Assembly: GCF_009914755.1 (NCBI RefSeq) | Contig: NC_060928.1 | Length of the DNA: 64,000 nt | DNA from: the human T2T-CHM13v2.0 reference genome, Homo sapiens | Reading direction: 5' to 3' (one strand) | Part shown: positions 57,931 through 64,000 of the stretch, piece after piece | Layout: every line of letters begins with the position of its first letter | How positions within the stretch are numbered: the stretch's first letter is position 1 | Position numbers and translations under genes: made by a program | The notes under the pieces: model-generated | Database searches by the model: none | What the model saw: the letters and a program-made list of their open reading frames with translations, nothing else | What the model was told of the DNA's origin: nothing

Positions 57931-58061
57931 ATTGCCACAGATGAAGACAGCGGAATCCTCCTGTATAAGGGTGACAAAGACCATATCGCGGTAGAACTCT
58001 ATCGGGGGCGTGTTCGTGCCAGCTATGACACCGGCTCTCATCCAGCTTCTGCCATTTACAG
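57931..58061 (+). CDS. SLIT2: SLIT2 coding exon (~33), laminin-G domain
   Basis: ctactag|ATT GCC ... TAC AG|gtgaa; 131 nt; [44 protein letters not shown]. Confidence 0.97.
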
Positions 58062-58149
58062 GTGAAGATCTCTCAGTTACGGGTAAAGGTGAAAAAAATT
58101 GCTTAATGAAGAACTGCTTCTCCTCTATCATTTTATTATGGAGAGGAGA

Positions 58150-58672
58150 GAGACTAAGTTGGCCCCAGCAGGTTTTAGGATGAGGGTATTAGTGAAAAAC
58201 CTGGCAGGAACAGAGGGCATACTCAAACTGGAGAGTGTGAGGAGGGATTTGTAAGGGGACTGCTATGCACAAAGAGGTGACTGGGATAGTATAGTAACCT
58301 GGGGCTGGAAACAAGGGATGCAGGGAGGTGTTGCTACCCATATGCCTGAAGGATCAGGAGGAGGGAGCAGTTATGGAAACTCATGCTCTGTAAAGGCTTT
58401 GTAGAGAGGCTTGCCTGCCAGAAGCCTCGACCTTTAATAGACGTTTGCAGTAAGTTCTCAAGGAAACAACCAGCTTTTGAAATACACAACCTCACTCTCT
58501 TTCCTCCCAACAATCTCCTGTCTGTGTTCCCCACGGGCCACACTGCATGCCGGGAAAGAAGGAATCTATAGACTCTAGTAATGTAGCTTGCACATGAGCT
58601 TCCTGGGGCTCAGAGCTGGGTAAAGAAAGTTGGAAGGGAGCTCCAGAGAATCAAATGAAGATATCCAGCACT
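58150..58672. mobile_element. Probable old MaLR (MLT1-type) LTR
   Basis: degenerate similarity only (ggaacagagggcatactcaaactgg ... aaatgaagatatccagcac). Confidence 0.35.
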
Positions 58673-59906
58673 GTGAGTAACTTCAGGTTGCCATTCATAC
58701 CTCAGAGGTTTATTGAGCACTTACTATGTGCCAGACCTGTCCTGAGCTTTAAGGAACAACGCCCCTGCTCATTTGGAACTTACGCAGAATAAGCAAATGG
58801 ATTCATACAATGTTGTCTTAGGGAATCTTGACCATCCATTTTGGAAGTTTTCTAATGATTAATGATATTAATAATATACTGGAGACGTGAAATGGGTGGT
58901 ATTCGTGGGGTATAATTTTTAGTCCTTATTGCATAAGACTAACTATCAGAGCCCCTCTGTTGGAACCCAACACCAATTCCCTAACATCCTGCAGACAATT
59001 TAGCTATTTAATTTTTTCACATGTAGAAATTCACCCTTTAGAGAAGGGATCACAAACTCCTAAGTAGTCAATTTTTCCAGATAAGTAACATAAATGATTA
59101 AAGAGGTCAAGTGCAAGAAAATAATATGCTCTCACCCTTTTATTCTGTAAAAGATCTAAATTTTTACATAAGTATTATTTTATTATAAATAGCCTTGATG
59201 TTGGCAATATAAAAGAAGTGGTTGTGACTGGAATGAACCAATAGTAAATATTTGTCAAAACAGGATTTCATCTACTCAGTTCTTCGTGGAGAAAATATGG
59301 ACTTAGGTTTTTCCAAACTCTTGACTTTTCAGGAAAAAGGCAGAAATCTGGGGGTTTTTTAATATAAATTTTCTCTCCTTTAGATATCAGTGTGCATTTT
59401 TAATACTATATATAATGAACAAAACATATCTGTAGGTCAGACACACTTGGCAACAAAAGAATAGGCATTGATTATGACATAAAGTGGAGACACTGGCCTG
59501 CATGTTATTGATATTCTCATATGTATCAATGTGCTTTAAAAGTCTGCACATCTTATTTGATGCTTCATAATAGTTCTGGGAAAGTACAAGCCACTTGTAG
59601 CCATGAATGGAATTTGATATCCACCACTTGTGAATATTTGGAGCATGGAAACAAACACATAATTATTGGTTTCCAAGTTGAATACAATACTTATTTTATC
59701 TCCAAATGGTGATGAATTAGTGCCAAGATTTTAGATATTACGAGGCCTTAAATTTTCTTGCCTCAATGTGTTTCAGCCCATAAAAAGATTTCAGAAATTT
59801 GTGGTTCATTTTTTTTAATTTTTTTTTAATTTATTTTATGTAATGGTGCAGCACAGAACTCTCAGAAGCCATAGTAAAGGTTTTTGGTTTGGCTTATTAA
59901 AGCTAG

Positions 59907-60389
<483 letters not shown>

Positions 60390-60869
60390 TAATAGAGATA
60401 CAAAATGTGAGGCCTAGAGCAAATACAGCTTTAATTTAATTATTGCCTTTTGGCTTATGACCAAAAAAATTTTCTTGATTTTCCAATCCAGAAAAGCTAT
60501 GACCTTATTTTTTAATAAAAGAGGCAACAATTACCAAGAATTCAGATATGTAGATATGTATAATACATTTTATTAACATATTAAATATAGAATATTATTT
60601 TTATATTGAGAAAATAATATAAGAAAAAAGGAAGAAAGAAAGGAAGCAATGAAGAAAAAAGAAGGAAGACAGGAAGGAAATGTAAGGAAGAACAAGTTCA
60701 AAGGAGATAAATATAAGCACTTACATTTTCATGTATTTGCACAAAGAAAAACTAGACACAAAGAAATAGAAACAAGACTTCTGCATGAATACCATTTTAT
60801 ATCCATTTGATTTTTGAGCCATTTCAATGTCATTACCACTCAAAAATAAAATAGAAATAATAGAAAAAG

Positions 60870-61080
60870 CTGCTGTTCTAGAGATAGTCTGGCTTGATTC
60901 AAGTCCAGCTCTGTTATCAACTAACTGTGTGTCTTGGACAGATTGCTTCAGCTCCCTGGGCCTCATCTGGCAAATGGGGATAACAAATAATAGTGTCCTT
61001 TTTGTGAGATTACGGTAAGAATTGTACGACATGATAAATGTAAAATATTTGCAACAATGCTAGGTAAACCATAAACAATG
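60870..61080 (+). mobile_element. MIR
   Basis: ttcaagtccagctctgttatcaactaactgtgtgtcttggacag...cctcatctggcaaatggggataa. Confidence 0.75.
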
Positions 61081-62185
61081 ATGGCTACTGGTATCACAAA
61101 TTCAGGATGTCCAAAACTGAATTTATTTCATTTGCTTCACCCAAACCTGTGTTCCCATTGCATTCCTTCTTTCATTGAAAGGCATGACAGGTGCAATGGA
61201 TCTACTCTTAATCCTCTCCTTTCCTTTACCTTCAATTTGCAGTTTTACATAACTCTTAGCTCTGATACGGCTAATTTTTTGGCCTTTTTTCAAATGCCAG
61301 AAAATGCCAAGCAAGGCAACCTCTGTCCTGGGCCAGGCCTTTACTACAGTGTAAAATCTTTGATGAAAGATAGTACTTCTCCATCCCTGTAGTAAAATCT
61401 ATCAATAACAGTGTTGCAATCAGCTGTCCCATTAGTTGCTAATAAATATTTTGTCTGGGTGAAGTACATTTTCAAATTTTGATTTGTTTCCACTTAAGTT
61501 CAGTTTTATTGCCATAATTCTATGTTATATAAAATTTACTTTGGTAAAACATTGTTTTCCAAATTTTGCATTATTTAATATATTATTGGGCCTTGCACTT
61601 GGAAATAATTTTATACCTCAGGTGCATCATTTCAATTGCCTGCTTAATTCTCCACATTGAAGAAAATTGATTTTATTTTAGCAAAATGAAACCTAATAAA
61701 ATGAGGGGAAAGTAATAATACACTTATTAATTCTATAGGGTATTTTTGGTTAAAATTTATTTTATATGTCAACTATTGTTTCACATAAATCAGTATGAAG
61801 ACAATTATTTTATGAAATTATCTCTAGACTGGTAATTTGCTGCCCTTCAAAAAGACTTTCTTTTAATCTAGATAAGGGGAAACATTTTTTACAAAAGTTA
61901 ATGAAAAATATGTGCTTCTTTCTTTAAATTCAAATTAATGTCATTTTCCAAACCAGACAGCCTCTTTGAAAACACAGCCAACTATGTTAAAAGTTAAAAG
62001 ACAGTAGTTAACATAGCTTGAAGTGTGTTTAAGAAAACTCAAGATGTAGTAATTATTCTTTTAGCGTAGAAATAAAGTAGTATGCATATTTTCTCATCTT
62101 ATCTGTTACATCTGGATAGAAGATCATGGCTTCTTGTAGACATGCCTGCTGTTAACAGCACCAAGCATACAGGCAGTAGTGTAGA

Positions 62186-62359
62186 ATGGTTGTTTCCAAA
62201 AGTCTGCATTGGAATCACCTGAAAAACATGTTAAAATACAGGCGTTGGGCACCACCCCTAGTTTCTGATTCTGAAGCTCTTAGCTAGACCCGAAAATTTG
62301 CATTTTTAACAAGTTTCCAGGAGATCTTGTACTCCAGGGACTACACTTTGAGAACCCCT
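62186..62359. mobile_element. MER5A (hAT-Charlie)
   Basis: cattggaatcacctg...aatttgcatttttaacaagtttccagg...cactttgagaacc. Confidence 0.75.
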
Positions 62360-62377
62360 TGCGTAAAAGGAATATGT

Positions 62378-62569
62378 ACTTTGAGAGCTGATTGTCTGCA
62401 TGTCTTCTCATATCCAAGTTCTACAACATCATGCTTGATGCTCACATTGAAATCAGCCATATTGGGAATATTCGCACCACAAAAATCAGCAAAGCCTACA
62501 AATCCAGGTTTTTGTTCTTGTTTTTTTTTTAACAGTACCAGTTGTTAAACATTTGCCAGCAACCTACTG
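62378..62569 (+). mobile_element. MER63-like hAT element
   Basis: gagagctgattgt...tgaaatcagccat...ccagttgttaaacatttgccagca. Confidence 0.6.
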
Positions 62570-62695
62570 CCTAAAGGACTCTAACCAGCAACATAGATGA
62601 AATGAGCTGCCTAATAAGGGAATGGATTTGGAATATGGCGCACGGGCCTAATATTTACAGCACTTAGAGAATAGCATAAAGAGGGACTTAGTAAT

Positions 62696-63039
62696 TGTAT
62701 TAGCCTGTTTTCACACTGCTGATAAAGGCATACCTGAGACTGGGTAATTTATAAAGAAAAAGAGGTTTAATTGACTCACAGTTCCACATGGCTAGGGAGG
62801 CCTCACAATCATAGCAGAAGGCGAAAGGAATGTCTTACATGGCGGCAGACAAGAGAGAATTGAGAACTAAGCGAAAGGGGAAAACTCCAGTAAAACCATC
62901 ACATCTCGTGAGACTCATTCGCTACCATGATAACAGTATGGGGAAAACCGCCCCCATAATTCGATTATCTCCCACTGGGTCCCTCCCATAACACGGGGAA
63001 TTATGGGAACTACAATTCAAGATGAGCCAAACCATATCA
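62696..63039 (-). mobile_element. THE1 (MaLR) solo LTR with 5-bp TSD GTAAT
   Basis: tgtattagcctgttttcacactgctgataaag...ccaaaccatatca; gtaat at 62691-62695 and 63040-63044. Confidence 0.92.
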
Positions 63040-63589
63040 GTAATAGTGCCATGAATGAATGGAAAAATGAATGGCAGCCTAAATTTAAGCAGTAGGTCCT
63101 CAGACAGGGCTGGAGTATTAAATTTTTATTCTCAAGTAGGCTAATAATCTGCTCTTTCAAAGTGAGTTTCTTTTCATCTAGAAAAACATAAACTTTTTTT
63201 AACAAAAGTTATTATTGAAAAATATATGCTTCTTTTTTTAGATTCAAATTAATGTCATTTTCCAAACCAGGCAGTTTCTTTGGAAACACAGCTAGCTACT
63301 GTTTAAAAATAAGAAAATCAGATGGACCACCTTACTAGTGTACAGTTTTTCATATTTAGGCAACCTGCTCAAATTCAGGGGACTTTCTGTCACCTACTGT
63401 TACATTTGGTTGGCTACATACACTCTGGGTTGTGCAATTTACAGGCTTACATTTCAACAAAAATACAAAAGAAACTCAACAAAGATTATCTTTGTATCTG
63501 AGAAGTTCAGTCTCATTGGGGAGACAGAGAGTAGACAGAATCTATATGGTATTCTTGTTTTCAAGATGTTTATTCAGCCATTCTTGATA

Positions 63590-63790
63590 TGCCATATGGA
63601 AAGTTCCCCCTGTTTACTAGCTTATAACCTTGGGCAAATTGCTTCATTTCTTTGTGCTTTATTTTCCTTATCTCAGTAAATGCAATTAGCTCTGCTTTTC
63701 ATGTTTGGTTATGAGAATTGAATGAATGTAAAGCACCTAACATCGTGCTTGGCACAGAGTCGGCTCACGATATTGAGTAATGCTGATGAT
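63590..63790 (+). mobile_element. MIR
   Basis: tactagcttataaccttgggcaaattgctt...tgtaaagcacctaacatcgtgcttggcacaga. Confidence 0.65.
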
Positions 63791-64000
63791 TCATGGATAC
63801 TCTTCCTGCTCAAATATCTGGATACTGAAGAATAAATACCCAAGTGGGAATTTTATAGCCTGACATCTCACTGTACAGTATGTTCAAGTTTAGAGAAGCC
63901 TTTCTAGTTTAGTGAATTTTATTCATGTTAATCTGTTTTAAAAGTACTGATTAAAATATTACTTGAACAACTATTTTCTAAAGCTTTCTTTTGAAAAATT

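Overview
AT-rich, CpG-poor primate (very likely human) genomic DNA covering the middle of SLIT2 on the + strand. Fourteen GT-AG coding exons splice into one open frame running from the C-cap of LRR domain 3 through LRR domain 4 and EGF1-6 to the start of the laminin-G domain. From recall these are about exons 20-33; that numbering is not derived from the sequence. The introns hold many Alus, L1/L2/MIR fragments, a ~2 kb Tigger1, MER3/MER44/MER5A/MER63/MER94 and MaLR LTRs. The most interesting signal is a splicing module at 32.69-32.93 kb in the 20.6-kb intron that splits EGF3. It has a 27-nt in-frame microexon (AANLNEVEK) and, 140 nt upstream, a second acceptor of AG|GTAAGA (recursive-splice) type whose in-frame product ends in a hydrophobic, Cys-rich tail (...CCCIAM*). 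A second in-frame microexon candidate (33 or 24 nt) lies at 13977-14009. There are also template-switch duplication/inversion scars and old local direct repeats. All repeat-family names come from recalled consensus sequences, not a database search.
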